Shown here: piece by piece, positions 43,856-45,099 of the stretch
How positions within the stretch are numbered: the first letter of the stretch is position 1
Layout of the letters: every line of letters begins with the position of its first letter
Sequence record: OZ035753.1
Origin: Dhillonvirus LF50P3
Reading direction: 5' to 3' (one strand)
Length of the DNA: 45,099 nucleotides
Made by a program: the position numbers and the translations under genes
Notes under the pieces: model-generated
Databases searched by the model: none
What the model saw: the letters and a program-made list of their open reading frames with translations, nothing else
What the model was told of the DNA's origin: nothing

Positions 43856-44998
43856 ATGCACCCGCAAACTAAAATTACCGATGAGCAATTGATCGCAGAA
43901 ATTCAGGCAGGGACTACGGTTAAAGAGATTGCGAAGAAATACGGGATTGCCCTACGAAACGTCTACATGCGCAAAGCCCGCCTGTCGAAGAAAGGCATTG
44001 GACACGGCAACGATGCCGTAATCCGCAAGCGCGTTGCCGATGGCTTTGGGGTTAAGCGCGTATCGGCCCTGGTGCGCGGCAATGGCGAAGAGGTCATGTC
44101 GTGGGTCATCACTGAGCAGGACAAAGAGCGCCAACTCGAAGCCATGCGCGCTGTTGTCGAGGGTATGAACAGCGAAATCACACCGGCAGCGCCAGTAAAA
44201 GCCCCGCCAGTACCGATCCAGGCGCTCGACTTGCTCAACCTGTACACCGTGTCAGACTTCCACCTGGGCATGTTGGCATGGGGCGAGGAGACTGGCGAAG
44301 ACTGGGATATGGCGATCGCCGAAGACCTGTTCTACCGCTGGTTTGTCGAAGCCTTCGCACGCGCCCCGGACGCAGGCACTGCCGTGATCAATATCCTCGG
44401 TGATATGGCCCACTTTGATAGCCTCGATGCTGTCACTCCGGCAAGTGGTCACATACTGGACGCCGACACCCGATACCAGAAGTTGGTCCGCTACATGATT
44501 CGCATGGTGCGCAACGTCGTCGAACTGGCGCTGCAAAAACACCACAAAGTCAAACTGCTAATCGTCCAGGGAAATCATGACGAGTCGGGTATGATTTGGC
44601 TGGCTGAGATGTTCAATACTCTGTACGAGAACGAGCCGCGCGTCGATGTGGATACGTCCCCGGACGTCTACAAAATGGTGCAGCACGGCAAGACCACGCT
44701 ATTCTTCCACCACGGGCACAAAGCGCGATTCGATGCTATCGAGCAGGTTATGATTTCTAAATTCAGACAGGCTTTCGGATCCAGTGAGTACAGCTACGCG
44801 CACGTAGGCCACTTGCACCACCAGAAGATTGTAGAATCCCGCAACATGATTGTTGAACAGCACCGGACGCTCGCAGCGAAAGACGCCTACGCCAGTCGTG
44901 GTGGTTGGATGAGCGGTCGCAGCGCAAACGTCGTAACCTATAGCGCCAACTACGGCGAAGTAGCGCGCTTAACCATTAGCCCCGAAATGTTGAAGTAA
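43856..44998 (+). CDS. HTH domain fused to a calcineurin-like metallophosphoesterase
   Basis: 380-aa ORF: N-terminal HTH-like TVKEIAKKYGIALRNVYMRKARL, then metallophosphatase motifs DFHLG, GDMAHFD, GNHDE and GHLHH (Mre11/SbcD or Ser/Thr phosphatase-like fold). Confidence 0.6.
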   Translation: MHPQTKITDEQLIAEIQAGTTVKEIAKKYGIALRNVYMRKARLSKKGIGHGNDAVIRKRVADGFGVKRVSALVRGNGEEVMSWVITEQDKERQLEAMRAVVEGMNSEITPAAPVKAPPVPIQALDLLNLYTVSDFHLGMLAWGEETGEDWDMAIAEDLFYRWFVEAFARAPDAGTAVINILGDMAHFDSLDAVTPASGHILDADTRYQKLVRYMIRMVRNVVELALQKHHKVKLLIVQGNHDESGMIWLAEMFNTLYENEPRVDVDTSPDVYKMVQHGKTTLFFHHGHKARFDAIEQVMISKFRQAFGSSEYSYAHVGHLHHQKIVESRNMIVEQHRTLAAKDAYASRGGWMSGRSANVVTYSANYGEVARLTISPEMLK

Positions 44999-45099
44999 CG
45001 GCGACCCGTAACCCTCCCAGCCTGCCGATTTGGTGGGCTTTTTTGTGCCTGTTATAATCCCAATTAGATGGCAGGGCCGTCTCCTATGTTGCCGATGGT

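Noticed and set aside
45016-45044. Possible terminator after the phosphoesterase gene (CCCAGC...GGTGGG followed by TTTTTT).
   Set aside because: The stem is imperfect (5 of 6 pairs) and short; it may be a weak terminator but was not called as a feature.
1-45099. Integrase, CI-like repressor or other lysogeny module; tRNA or rRNA genes.
   Set aside because: No tyrosine- or serine-recombinase-like ORF and no repressor/Cro pair were seen in the translations; no tRNA could be recognised by eye. A tRNA scan (tRNAscan-SE, ARAGORN) was not possible and would settle the tRNA question.

Overview
The window reads as a complete or near-complete, GC-rich (by eye), tailed dsDNA phage genome of about 45 kb with siphovirus-type architecture. 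No integrase or repressor was found, so it looks virulent. All calls are from reading the six-frame translations and the DNA; no database search was run, so family names are recognised by motif and should be confirmed. Plus strand 9–24382 is the morphogenesis arm: small and large terminase, portal, Mu F-like minor head protein, an overlapped spanin pair, scaffold, major capsid, connector proteins, major tail protein, a G/G-T tail chaperone with a -1 frameshift, tape measure, a lambda-like M-L-K-I-J tail-tip set and an 808-aa tail fiber. Minus strand 24409–36895 is a replication and DNA-modification arm: Dam-type and C5-like methyltransferases, an HNH-like protein, an SNF2-like helicase, VRR-NUC, family-A DNA polymerase, a DUF2815-like SSB, a DUF2800-like Cas4-type nuclease and acidic repeat proteins. 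Plus strand 37298–44998 carries an HTH protein, a primase/helicase, small unknown genes, a holin-holin-endolysin cassette and an HTH-metallophosphoesterase fusion. Two minus-strand cassettes are embedded in the structural arm (5032–5796, and a Cor-like lipoprotein plus a 321-aa protein at 20687–21876). The most unusual signals are non-coding: a CGGGAC(A) motif array with a conserved long stem-loop present twice (11423–11737 and 40063–40219), a 530-bp repeat-rich hub after the primase gene, a recurring TTGGTTGCA element in promoter regions, and a candidate minus-strand small RNA at 37133–37228. No CRISPR array, rRNA or obvious tRNA was seen.
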